A stretch of DNA of 64,000 bases, taken from the NCBI GenBank assembly GCA_964644035.1, contig CAZXUH010000001.1:393093-457092 (forward strand), written 5' to 3'. Under the pieces are notes generated by a model, which saw nothing but the letters and a program-made list of their open reading frames with translations, was not told where the DNA came from and ran no database searches. Shown one piece after another: positions 19,315 through 28,095 of the stretch (its first letter is position 1; each line of letters starts with the position of its first letter). This DNA is from an uncultured Candidatus Saccharibacteria bacterium. GTDB lineage: Bacteria; Patescibacteriota; Minisyncoccia; Phycocordibacterales; DAORIS01. A program made the translations under genes and the position numbers.

Positions 19315-19390
19315 TGGAGCCGCTTCTCAGATTCGAACTGAGGACCTACTGTTTACAAAACAGTTGCTCTACCAACTGAGCTAAAGCGGC
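19315..19390 (-). tRNA. tRNA-Thr, anticodon UGU, CCA encoded
   Basis: Reverse complement: GCCGCTTTAGCTCAGTTGGTAGAGCAACTGTTTTGTAAACAGTAGGTCCTCAGTTCGAATCTGAGAAGCGGCTCCA. It forms a canonical cloverleaf with anticodon loop TTTGTAA. Confidence 0.85.
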
Positions 19391-19404
19391 ATGAACCTAT
19401 ACTA

Positions 19405-19806
19405 TCACATTGAATCCTGCTCTCCTTCTTCTTTGCTTTTCTTATGCTCTGACAAATGCTGTAGATGTTCCGATACACTTCTTGTCGTCGACTTGGAATA
19501 CTCAAACATGTGCGACAACTTACGGTGCAGCCTGTACAATGCACTAGCCAATTTCCTATATTGATTTTCAAGAAACGGAATGAATCGATGATAAATGACT
19601 GAAAGAATTTTCAATAGACCAGTATGCTTTACATAAATCACATTGTCACGTATCCAACCCGCAATGCGATGTAGAATTGAGTCCGTCATTTTGCGAACAC
19701 TAACCCACAATGCAATATGCGTGTCATCGAAGACGAACATCTTAAGCAGAATGATGGTGATCATTCCACCGAGTGATATTGAGAATGTTGTAAATGAAAA
19801 TAACAT
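19405..19806 (-). CDS. Hypothetical protein with an N-terminal hydrophobic segment
   Basis: ORF only; no recognisable motif. Confidence 0.25.
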   Translation of the reverse strand: MLFSFTTFSISLGGMITIILLKMFVFDDTHIALWVSVRKMTDSILHRIAGWIRDNVIYVKHTGLLKILSVIYHRFIPFLENQYRKLASALYRLHRKLSHMFEYSKSTTRSVSEHLQHLSEHKKSKEEGEQDSM

Positions 19807-19833
19807 ACGCGCTCGTGTCTCACGAGCAAAGTG

Positions 19834-20418
19834 CTACGACAATACGCTGTAGCGGACCATGCGAGAAATATCAATCTTCTCGCCAAACTTTTGCACTGCC
19901 TCTTCGATCAAGCCTCCGACCGTGACGTCTGGATTCTTGATAAAAGGCTGATCAAGAAGCACGCGCTCCTTGAAATATGCACCGATTTTGCCTTCGAGGA
20001 TCTTTGGTCGCATATCAGCCGGCTTATCCTCGACTTCCTTGGCAAAGAGCTCTGCAGCCTTTGCTCTCGTTTCCTCAGAGATATCGGAAACCTTTACAAA
20101 TTCAGGATTTGAAGCCGCGACATGCATAGCAATATCCTTGGCAAGCTTGGTGAAGTCTTCGTTCTTAGATACGAAGTCGGTCTCACAGACGAGCTCGACA
20201 AGTGTGCCCACAGCGCCTCCCGAGTGGATATAAGAGGCTACAGTGCCAGCACCAAAGGTTCTGTCACCTTTCTTTGCAGCAATATCCTTGCTCTTTTTGC
20301 GCAAGATAGCGAGGGCTTTTTCCATATCGCCACCTCCTTCTTCAAGAGCCTTTTTACACTGCATGACTGACACACCAGTGGCATCTCGCAGTTCTTTGAT
20401 TTGTTCAGTGGTTATCAT
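19834..20418 (-). CDS. tsf: Elongation factor Ts (short form)
   Basis: The N-terminal UBA-like segment TTEQIKELRDATGVSVMQCKKALEEGGGDMEKALAILRKK and the dimerisation core match EF-Ts. Confidence 0.9.
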   Translation of the reverse strand: MITTEQIKELRDATGVSVMQCKKALEEGGGDMEKALAILRKKSKDIAAKKGDRTFGAGTVASYIHSGGAVGTLVELVCETDFVSKNEDFTKLAKDIAMHVAASNPEFVKVSDISEETRAKAAELFAKEVEDKPADMRPKILEGKIGAYFKERVLLDQPFIKNPDVTVGGLIEEAVQKFGEKIDISRMVRYSVLS

Positions 20419-20465
20419 TTGTATATTTTAACCGAGTTCTTCCTTATTTGGAAAGAGTGAGAAGA

Positions 20466-21161
20466 CTATTTCTTGGCCGCCTTAGCTGCATCAGCCACTT
20501 CAGTGAGAACATATGAAATGCATGCTACTGAGGCATCGTTGCCAGGAATAGCGATATCAATCGTACTGAAGTCGCAGTCGCTTGAAGAAAGAGAGATGAC
20601 AGGAATACCAACCTGCTTCGCTTCGGCAACAGCAATGTGTTCTCTCTTAGCATCGACGATAAAGACTGCTTTAGGCAATTCTTTCATTGTAACAATACCG
20701 AAGAAATATTTCTCAAGGTTTGCAATTTCTTTGTCGAGGATAAGACGTTCCTTTTTAGTGTATTTTGCAAAATCACCTTTCTCCTTTTCTGTCTGAAGAG
20801 TTTCGAGTCGAGCTACACGCTTCTTGATTTCAGGGAAGTTGGTAAACGTACCTCCGATCCATCGGCCAGCAACGTATGGCATGTCGATAGACTCAGCTAT
20901 CTTTTTGACCATAGCCTTGGCTTCGTTTTTGCCTCCAATAAAGAGAATCTTTCCGCCTTCTGAGACAATTTTGGCTACGTATTCTTTTGCCTTGATAAGA
21001 AGAGCGGCTGTCTTTTCAAGATCAAAAATCTCAACACGGTCTTTTACTCCGTATATATATTGTGCAGTGGTAGGGTGACGACGTGATCGGATCTGTCCGA
21101 AGTGTGCGCCGGCGCTAAAAAGCGCCTCAATCGTCCCGCTTGCTTTCTGTTGGTCTTCCAT
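20466..21161 (-). CDS. rpsB: 30S ribosomal protein S2; ORF extends to 21203 but the likely start is MEDQQK at 21161
   Basis: LFSAGAHFGQIRSRRHP, ..KILFIGGKNEAKAMVKK.. and GRWIGGTFTNF match S2. Confidence 0.9.
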   Translation of the reverse strand: MEDQQKASGTIEALFSAGAHFGQIRSRRHPTTAQYIYGVKDRVEIFDLEKTAALLIKAKEYVAKIVSEGGKILFIGGKNEAKAMVKKIAESIDMPYVAGRWIGGTFTNFPEIKKRVARLETLQTEKEKGDFAKYTKKERLILDKEIANLEKYFFGIVTMKELPKAVFIVDAKREHIAVAEAKQVGIPVISLSSSDCDFSTIDIAIPGNDASVACISYVLTEVADAAKAAKK

Positions 21162-21192
21162 AATGTGTCGTACTAATCTACCAAAAACGGCC

Positions 21193-22188
21193 TTACTCTG
21201 CAACTAATTCGTCATTTGAGGCCTCTACAGCCATATCTGAGCTGTTTTTAGAGCTTAGAGTGTCGATAATATCTCCTATATCGCCAGCCATGATTTTGGG
21301 CAGATTGTGCCATGTTTCCTTGATCCTATGATCTGTAATTCTGTCTTGGAGAATGTTATAGGTTCTTATTTTCTCAGATCTATCTGCTGTACCAATCTGT
21401 TCTTTGCGTTCGCTTGAGAATTTCTTGGCATCTTCTTCGTCTTTGAGTGCTTCGAGCTTGGCCATCAGAATACTCATAGCTCGTTCACGGTTTTTGAGCT
21501 GACTGCGCTGCGCAGTTGAGCGGACATCGATACCTGTGGGCTTGTGAATGATTCTGACGGCTGTTTCAACCTTATTGACGTTTTGTCCGCCCTTGCCGCC
21601 AGCACGAGAAAATTCGATTTCGAGCTCTGAAGGATCAACGGTAAATTTTACTTTTGTCCTGATCGGAAGAATCGCCACCGATGCAGTCGAAGTATGCACT
21701 CGGCCTGATTTTTCGGTAGCCGGCACACGCTGAATACGATGCACTCCGGTTTCATATCTGAGTTTTTTATAGACATCTTTTCCTCTGATTTCAAAACTGG
21801 CTTCTTTGTAGCCACCAAGAGCACTTGCAGATTCGTCGACAACTGCCACAGACCAACCTTGAGTCTCAGCATACTTGCGATACATCAAAGACAACTCTTC
21901 AGCAAAAAGAGCTGCTTCTTCCCCGCCCGCGCCAGCGCGGACTTCAAGCACCACTTCATTGGGAAATTTATCATCTTCCTCGTCACCTTTCACAATAACC
22001 TGCATCTGATCATAGAGTTCTTTTTTGCGAGCTCGCACTTCGGGCAAATCTGCCTCAGCAAGTTCTTTCATATGCGGATCGGTAGCAATCAGGTGCTCCA
22101 AATCTTTTTCCTTTTTTTCCTCCTCAATATAGAGAGACGCCAAATAAGAAGTTTTGTGATTCTTCTTGAATTGTTCTATTTCTTCCAT
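21193..22188 (-). CDS. prfA: Peptide chain release factor 1
   Basis: GGQ motif ([19 protein letters not shown]) and RF1-type PAT tripeptide ([14 protein letters not shown]). Confidence 0.9.
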   Translation of the reverse strand: MEEIEQFKKNHKTSYLASLYIEEEKKEKDLEHLIATDPHMKELAEADLPEVRARKKELYDQMQVIVKGDEEDDKFPNEVVLEVRAGAGGEEAALFAEELSLMYRKYAETQGWSVAVVDESASALGGYKEASFEIRGKDVYKKLRYETGVHRIQRVPATEKSGRVHTSTASVAILPIRTKVKFTVDPSELEIEFSRAGGKGGQNVNKVETAVRIIHKPTGIDVRSTAQRSQLKNRERAMSILMAKLEALKDEEDAKKFSSERKEQIGTADRSEKIRTYNILQDRITDHRIKETWHNLPKIMAGDIGDIIDTLSSKNSSDMAVEASNDELVAE

Positions 22189-22242
22189 AGGTGCATTATA
22201 CGCAAAATCCGGACTTTTGGCCGGATTGCTCGATTGAGAAAT

Positions 22243-22536
22243 CTATTTAGACTTACTTACCTTAGTTGCAGCCTTTTCTACGCGCTTCTGACGCTTTGCA
22301 GCTTTGACTTCTGACTTTTTCTTGACGTCAGTCTTCTTGGCAGCTGTGCGAGTCTTAAACTTCTCTACGCGTCCTGCTGAGTCGAGAGTCTTTTCCATAC
22401 CAGTGAAGAAAGGGTGGCACGCACTGCAGATTTCAACGTGAATTTCTGGCTTAGTTGAGCCTACGGTAAAGGTGTTACCGCATGCGCAGGTAACTTTTGC
22501 CTTTTCTATATATGTTGGGTGTATATCTGCTTTCAT
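22243..22536 (-). CDS. rpmE: 50S ribosomal protein L31 with a Lys-rich C-terminal extension; start taken at MKADIHP
   Basis: [46 protein letters not shown] matches L31. Confidence 0.85.
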   Translation of the reverse strand: MKADIHPTYIEKAKVTCACGNTFTVGSTKPEIHVEICSACHPFFTGMEKTLDSAGRVEKFKTRTAAKKTDVKKKSEVKAAKRQKRVEKAATKVSKSK

Positions 22537-22595
22537 AGGGGAAAATCCTACCAGAAAAATCAAATTTGCACAATACCCTGCTCATTTTAGGGCTA

Positions 22596-23909
22596 TTAGT
22601 TCTGCAAAGGGTTGATCATGTTTTCCTGAATATTCTGAGTCTTTTTCATGACCTGATCGCCGTAAAAGGCATTGGCAGGCTTAGCCCAGTTGCCTCCGGC
22701 ATAGTATTTGAGAGCAGCGGTACGCTCTGCAGTGAAACTTCCAGCTCCTGCTCCAAGGTCTTGCATGTATATAGCAGTAGCGACAATAGCATCTCGTGCA
22801 TCCCACGGATTTGGATATGCTCCAGTAACTGCTTGAATACGTTCAATATACATTTCCCAGGTTGAAGGAATAAATTGTGATGGACCCATTGCTCCTCCCC
22901 ACCCATTGCCGATTGCGCAGGAAACTGGAGTGGTGTCGGGATTGAGCCCTAGAGTCGAAGTAATACGCAAGAAGGGCGCATGGTCTCTGGTTGGCTTCAT
23001 GACTTCTTTCCAGCTCTTTTCTGGTGGATCACCAGGACGGTTACAAGTACCGACGTTCTTACCCAAATCACTTTCTTGGGTCAAAATACCAAGAATAAAG
23101 GCTGGTCGAACGCCTGTTTTCTGAGAAGCAAAGATTGCATATTCAAGAGCCTTTCCGAATGGAATAGCAGCCGTATCTCGAAGAGCGAAGAGTGCTGCTC
23201 TAATAGCTGCAGCCTTATTTTCTTGAGATTTGATAATGGTCTGGTAATTTTGCTGTTCTTTTTTAGAAAGATTGAGGAGTGTTTTCTTCTCGCCTTCTGA
23301 TTTTTCAATAACTCTTTTCTCTGCTTCGATTGAGATTTTGGCATCTATTTCCTCTGCTCGCTTGTTGTCGAGAGTATTGCGTTCGACTTCTGTATCAACC
23401 TTGACCTTCTTTACCGTATCAAGAGAAAGATTGAGGGATTGTTTTACAAAATAATACGCATCGAGATCTTGTAGAAATTCTGACAAGTCTTTATTGCCGA
23501 GCATGATTTCGGCAATACTGTAGTCATCGAGATATCGAGTCTTTCGAAGTAGTTGTGACAATGAGTCTTTGCCCTGCTCTGCCTTTTCGCCGAGAAGCTG
23601 AATGCGCTCTGTTTTGGTATTGATATCCTTGCCCAGTTGCTGAATACTGATTTCCTTGGCTTTGATCTTGAGCTTTGCCTGAGAGATTTTGGCATTGAGA
23701 ATAGCAATGTCGCGTTCGATAGATACACCTTCTTGCTGTTTTTGAGAAAGAATAGCTCTTTGTTGTTCGATATCCTTCAACACCTGATTGAGCTCGGCTT
23801 GGAGGGCTGCTTGGCGCGCAGCAATCTCTTCGGGCGTTTGTGCCAAAATAAAGCTCGGTACTGTACCGAAAAGGACAATGAAAACACAAACTGCTGCTAA
23901 AATTCGCAT
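22596..23909 (-). CDS. Secreted coiled-coil protein with a C-terminal lytic murein transglycosylase (MltB/SLT family-3-like) domain
   Basis: Signal peptide; long Q/E/K-rich coiled-coil; C-terminal GILTQESDLGKN..GAMGPSQFIPSTW resembles the catalytic region of MltB-type lytic transglycosylases. Confidence 0.65.
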   Translation of the reverse strand: MRILAAVCVFIVLFGTVPSFILAQTPEEIAARQAALQAELNQVLKDIEQQRAILSQKQQEGVSIERDIAILNAKISQAKLKIKAKEISIQQLGKDINTKTERIQLLGEKAEQGKDSLSQLLRKTRYLDDYSIAEIMLGNKDLSEFLQDLDAYYFVKQSLNLSLDTVKKVKVDTEVERNTLDNKRAEEIDAKISIEAEKRVIEKSEGEKKTLLNLSKKEQQNYQTIIKSQENKAAAIRAALFALRDTAAIPFGKALEYAIFASQKTGVRPAFILGILTQESDLGKNVGTCNRPGDPPEKSWKEVMKPTRDHAPFLRITSTLGLNPDTTPVSCAIGNGWGGAMGPSQFIPSTWEMYIERIQAVTGAYPNPWDARDAIVATAIYMQDLGAGAGSFTAERTAALKYYAGGNWAKPANAFYGDQVMKKTQNIQENMINPLQN

Positions 23910-23923
23910 CGGTTTATTATAAC

Positions 23924-23952
23924 AAAAACCCCTCCGATACGGGAGGGGTTTT
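23924..23952 (-). terminator. Rho-independent terminator hairpin (CCCCTCCG-ATA-CGGGAGGGG) flanked by A and T runs, downstream of rplY
   Basis: Read directly: aaaaacccctccgatacgggaggggtttt. Confidence 0.6.
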
Positions 23953-23965
23953 ATGTGGTTTAGTG

Positions 23966-24643
23966 TTACTTTTTCTCTTCCTTCTTTTCTTCTTTCTTCT
24001 CTGGAGCGGCTTCGCCATCTGCGGCGGCTTCTTCATCCTTACCTTTCTTCTCAACTTCAATATCAGTAATATCCATAGGTACAGCCACTTCTTCTTCCTT
24101 CATAGGTTCTGCGACAGAGGCTACGATATCATCGCCTTTGGTGATGAGTTCTACGCCAGCTGGGAGAGTGACGTCTTTTGCAAGAATAACGCTATCCATA
24201 GCAATAAGAGGAGCAATATCTACATGCAAATCTCGAGGAAGGTCCTTTGGAAGAGCTTCGACTTCGAGTTCATGAAGAACCTTAACAAGCGTACCACCAA
24301 GACTCTTAATAGCTTCTGAAACACCGATAAATTCGATAGGTACACCGATCTGGACTTTCTTACCCTTTTCAAAGGCATAGAAGTCTACGTGGCGAGGAGT
24401 GTCTGTTACAGGGTCAAAATCAATATCGTGTACAAGAGCTTCGACTTCTACACCTTCGCCTTGGAGGGTGATAACCATTGATTCTCCGGCCTGTTTGAAG
24501 ACCTTCTTAAAATCAACTAGAGAAATAGCGATCGGCGTTGAAGCCTCCTTTTTACCGTAAAATACGGCTGGAATCTTGCCGGCGCGCATGAGCGCGGGAA
24601 CCGTATCGGCCTTGGTTCGCTTTGTAACATCAAGTGAAATCAT
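23966..24643 (-). CDS. rplY: 50S ribosomal protein L25/general stress protein Ctc with an acidic/Lys-rich tail
   Basis: ISLDVTKRTK..GKIPAVFYGK.. and the beta-barrel domain match L25/Ctc. SD AGGAA lies 4 nt upstream. Confidence 0.85.
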   Translation of the reverse strand: MISLDVTKRTKADTVPALMRAGKIPAVFYGKKEASTPIAISLVDFKKVFKQAGESMVITLQGEGVEVEALVHDIDFDPVTDTPRHVDFYAFEKGKKVQIGVPIEFIGVSEAIKSLGGTLVKVLHELEVEALPKDLPRDLHVDIAPLIAMDSVILAKDVTLPAGVELITKGDDIVASVAEPMKEEEVAVPMDITDIEVEKKGKDEEAAADGEAAPEKKEEKKEEKK

Positions 24644-24896
24644 GGTTCCTGATTATATATAAAGAGAGGAAAAAGTCAAAGCGCAGTCACTACAACGATG
24701 GCTGAAACAAAGAAAAAGAAGCATGAAATGCCTACACATAGATAGAAGGCTTGGTCGGCGCTTCTGACTACTCCGGACTTGAAAAACATCCTAAAGAGAG
24801 CGGAATTGGAGTCCGGCTGGGAGCGCGGCACGAGATCGCGCAGTCGATTCTCTTCAGTGAAATCTACTTCGCCCATATAGTTGTATTATATACCCA

Positions 24897-25763
24897 TTAT
24901 ATCTTACTGAAAAGCTTCAATCGGCCTTCTGCAACCTTGCCAAGTGCGGCTGCAGCAGGTTTGAGGTATTTGTATGGAGCCACTTCTTCGGGATTTTGCT
25001 GAAGCTCGATCACAAGACCTTTTGTATACGCTACACGCAGCTCTGTATTGATATGGATAATAGAAACACCAGCATCGATAGCCGAGACAAAATCTTCATC
25101 GACTGTTCCCGACCCTCCGTGCAATACAAGCGGCACTCCTGTAGCTTCGTGAATGGCTTTGATACGAGGTATATCGAGTCGAGGATCATGACCAACTGAA
25201 AGCATGCCGTGAACATTACCAACAGCCGGTGCTAAGAGATCTACTCCTGTTGCAGCGACAAATTCTTTTGCTTGTTCAGGGCTCGTCATGCTCAGCGCAT
25301 CGAGCGCAGCACCTTTTGGAAGCTCTTTAAGCACTTTTGACGACGTACCGATATATCCGAGTTCGCCTTCGATAAGAATGTCTGGGTTTTTATTCTTCGC
25401 ATAAGCAACTGCCTTTTGGGTCAGCGCAACATTTTCTTCAAAAGAGAGTTGTGCGCCGTCGATGATCACAGCATCAAAACCGGCATCGACGGCTTCTTGG
25501 ACACGTTCGTATGAATAGGTGTGATCAGCATTGATAAAAATAGGAAAATTGTTTTCTTCGCGAATCATGCGCACCACCTTGGCAATTGCCCTGACTCCTA
25601 CGTAGTCACGCTCGCCTTCTGACACACCAATAATAACTGGTACCTGAAGTTTGACCGCAACAGCATAAATAGACCATAGAGCGTCAAGTGTTGAAACATT
25701 GAAATGTCCGATAGCTACTTTCTTTTGTCGTGCTTCCAGTATGTATTCCTTGAGTGATTTCAT
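24897..25763 (-). CDS. fba: Class II fructose-bisphosphate aldolase family protein; start taken at MKSLKEY
   Basis: ..VAIGHFNVSTLD.., ..FINADHTYSYE.., HGGSGT match class II FBA/tagatose-bisphosphate aldolase. Confidence 0.8.
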   Translation of the reverse strand: MKSLKEYILEARQKKVAIGHFNVSTLDALWSIYAVAVKLQVPVIIGVSEGERDYVGVRAIAKVVRMIREENNFPIFINADHTYSYERVQEAVDAGFDAVIIDGAQLSFEENVALTQKAVAYAKNKNPDILIEGELGYIGTSSKVLKELPKGAALDALSMTSPEQAKEFVAATGVDLLAPAVGNVHGMLSVGHDPRLDIPRIKAIHEATGVPLVLHGGSGTVDEDFVSAIDAGVSIIHINTELRVAYTKGLVIELQQNPEEVAPYKYLKPAAAALGKVAEGRLKLFSKI

Positions 25764-25795
25764 GCCAATATTGTAGCACATGCTATAATTTCCAT

Positions 25796-26818
25796 ATGTT
25801 TTTCAAGAAAAGCGTTCCTCTTGATTTTTTATCAGTTGGCGACACAGCAACGGATGCCTTCATTCGTCTCAAGGAAGCTTCGGTCAATTGTTCGATCAAT
25901 CACACCGATTGCCAACTCTGCATGCGTTTCGGTGACAAAATCCCCTATGAGTTTTCAAAAATAATTGCCGGCGTCGGTAACAGTGCCAACGCCGCCGTCG
26001 CAGCTTCACGACTTGGTCTCTCTACAGGATTTGCCAGCAATATTGGAGCTGACCTCTTTGGACAGCAAGTGCTCGAGTCCCTTCAACGCGAAAAGATAGA
26101 CACCAGTCTTATTTCAGTTCAGCAAAACAAATCGACCAACTATCACTATGTGTTGTGGTATGAAAGTGAGCGTACGATTCTTATTAAGCACGAGTCTTTT
26201 GATTATTCATTCAAGGAGCCGGCTACGCCTCCTCGCTGGTTATACCTCAGTTCTCTGGCCGAAGGCACCGAAGACTACCACAAATCCATTACGAGTTATC
26301 TTTTGAAAAATCCTCATATCAATTTTGCTTTTCAGCCTGGCACACTCCAGATCAAAATGGGATTGGAGAAGCTCGGTACGATGTACAAAAGAACAGACAT
26401 CTTTGTCTGTAATGTCGAAGAGGCACGGATTATTTTGAAAGATACTTCAACAGCCAAAGATGTGTTTTCTATTAAAAAGCTTCTGGAAACAATGCATTCA
26501 AAGGGACCTAAAGTTGTCCTTATTACCGATGGTCCAGAGGGCGCATATACCTACGACGGACATGAATTCCTCTTTATGCCGCCATATCCTGATCCTAAGC
26601 CGCCATATGAGCGCACTGGTGCTGGCGATGCATTTGCTTCGACCTTTGTTGCAGCACTTGCTTTGGGCAAAACAGTCAAAGAATCTCTGGCATGGGCTCC
26701 TATCAATTCTATGTCCGTCGTACAACATGTCGGTGCTCAAGAGGGCCTCCTCCAACGAGAAAAACTCGAAGCGTATCTCAAAGACGCTCCGAAAAACTAT
26801 CTACCTAAAAATATCTAA
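25796..26818 (+). CDS. PfkB-family carbohydrate kinase (ribokinase-like); start taken at MFFKK because the ORF-track start would overlap fba
   Basis: The C-terminal PfkB signature ..TGAGDAFASTFVAALALG.. and the N-terminal GG motif region were read from the translation. Confidence 0.75.
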   Translation: MFFKKSVPLDFLSVGDTATDAFIRLKEASVNCSINHTDCQLCMRFGDKIPYEFSKIIAGVGNSANAAVAASRLGLSTGFASNIGADLFGQQVLESLQREKIDTSLISVQQNKSTNYHYVLWYESERTILIKHESFDYSFKEPATPPRWLYLSSLAEGTEDYHKSITSYLLKNPHINFAFQPGTLQIKMGLEKLGTMYKRTDIFVCNVEEARIILKDTSTAKDVFSIKKLLETMHSKGPKVVLITDGPEGAYTYDGHEFLFMPPYPDPKPPYERTGAGDAFASTFVAALALGKTVKESLAWAPINSMSVVQHVGAQEGLLQREKLEAYLKDAPKNYLPKNI

Positions 26819-26830
26819 AGAATATTTAGA

Positions 26831-27079
26831 TTAATATTCTTCTATTTGCTCTTCTGAAATATATTCAAAACGCGGCTGCATTCTTCCTTGATATTCTACT
26901 TCTTCCATAAACATGATTGCTGGTCTGACCCACAATTTGTTTTCAGTATCGTATTGAGCTTCATACACCACCAAATCCTCTAACGTTTCAGAATGCTTTG
27001 CCAACCCCAATACTTTGTATATATTTCTATTTTTATAATGTCTATACCTTCCTCCGATCTTTATGCCTTGTGGTTTCAT
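26831..27079 (-). CDS. DUF1653 domain protein
   Basis: GRYRHYKNRNIYKVLGLAKHSETLEDLVVYEAQY...LWVRPAIMF matches the DUF1653 consensus. Confidence 0.7.
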   Translation of the reverse strand: MKPQGIKIGGRYRHYKNRNIYKVLGLAKHSETLEDLVVYEAQYDTENKLWVRPAIMFMEEVEYQGRMQPRFEYISEEQIEEY

Positions 27080-27094
27080 GATCGTGTGTGAAAG

Positions 27095-28093
27095 TTATTT
27101 CTTTCTTTTTAAAACCCTCTTCACTGCATCATATATTCCCTTTTCATCCATACCATAGTGAGCAATGAGCTCTTTGGGAGTACCCGACTGGCCAAACTTA
27201 TCCTGCACACCGACAAATTCGATCGGCATTGGCATTGTCTTGGCCAAAAATTCCGCTACTGCCGATCCCATTCCACCAGCTACTTGATGTTCTTCAACGG
27301 TTACCACAGCCTGTGTCTTTTCTACACTAGCTTTGATTGTTTTTTCATCGAGAGGTTTGATCGTTGCCAAATTTACCACCAATGCACCAATCTTTTCTTC
27401 TTCGAGTTTCTTTGCCACCTTGAGTGCCTGATGCACAAGTGCACCTGTTGCAATAATAGTTACATCCGGTCGGCCATCGGGAGAATCAAAAAATACTTGT
27501 GCCTTACCGATTTCAAAAGGCGTATCTTCAGTGGTGATCACAGGAGTTTTTTCTCGAGCTAGACGTATATAAACGGGTGTATTGGTACTCGCTGCGGCTA
27601 TAGTCGCCTTCTTTGCTTCTACAGAGTCACAAGGCGAAATTACTACCATACGCGGCATAACACGCATCAGAGCCATATCTTCTATAGCTTGGTGCGTTCC
27701 ACCATCGGGTCCTACCGATATGCCAGCATGAGAACCGGCAAGTTTGACCGGACGATCGTTGTACGCAATCGTTGTTCTGATCTGTTCCCAGTTGCGACCA
27801 GGAGAAAACATGGCATACGAAGTAATGAATGGAATCTTACCCATAGCCGCCATACCAGAAGCGACTGTCGCCAAATTTTGTTCTGCTACACCAACTTCCA
27901 CAAATCTATTGGGGAATTTATTTTTGAAAAGATGCATCTGTGTCGACTCTGTTAGATCGGCGCATAGACCAACAATGTTTTCATTTTTCTCTCCTGCAGC
28001 AAGCAAACCTTCGCCAAACCCTTTGCGAATAGGAATCATTTCAACATCGGCATTGAATAATTTTGGATTGAGTTTTTGATGAGGATTAATCAT
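27095..28093 (-). CDS. Transketolase, C-terminal subunit (pyrimidine-binding and C-terminal domains)
   Basis: ..RKGFGEGL..FVEVGVAEQNLATVASGMA..GSHAGISVGPDGGTHQAIEDMALMR.. matches the split-transketolase C-terminal half. Confidence 0.85.
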   Translation of the reverse strand: MINPHQKLNPKLFNADVEMIPIRKGFGEGLLAAGEKNENIVGLCADLTESTQMHLFKNKFPNRFVEVGVAEQNLATVASGMAAMGKIPFITSYAMFSPGRNWEQIRTTIAYNDRPVKLAGSHAGISVGPDGGTHQAIEDMALMRVMPRMVVISPCDSVEAKKATIAAASTNTPVYIRLAREKTPVITTEDTPFEIGKAQVFFDSPDGRPDVTIIATGALVHQALKVAKKLEEEKIGALVVNLATIKPLDEKTIKASVEKTQAVVTVEEHQVAGGMGSAVAEFLAKTMPMPIEFVGVQDKFGQSGTPKELIAHYGMDEKGIYDAVKRVLKRKK

Positions 28094-28095
28094 GA

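Noticed and set aside
2195-19390. Prophage interpretation, because of the tail-fibre-like N-terminal domain and the S74 chaperone
   Set aside because: No integrase, terminase, capsid, portal or tail-tube genes are in or next to the island. Neighbouring genes are surface-protein (Csc-like) and housekeeping genes. The S74 domain is also used by cellular fibre proteins.
19261-19390. tRNA-Thr plus its partial copy as attL/attR delimiting the island
   Set aside because: The two copies are only 15 nt apart, on the same side of the island, and so cannot flank it. They are kept only as a possible integration scar.
21193-22188. Possible alternative genetic code (UGA recoding), considered because only RF1 was seen
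   Set aside because: All long ORFs, including the 4169-aa gene and the housekeeping genes, close normally under the standard code. RF2 may simply lie outside the window.
24676-24876. 66-aa ORF between rplY and fba (and the overlapping plus-strand ORF 24751..25002)
   Set aside because: It has no ribosome-binding site, an odd composition, and overlaps a GC-rich inverted-repeat segment. It is more likely non-coding.
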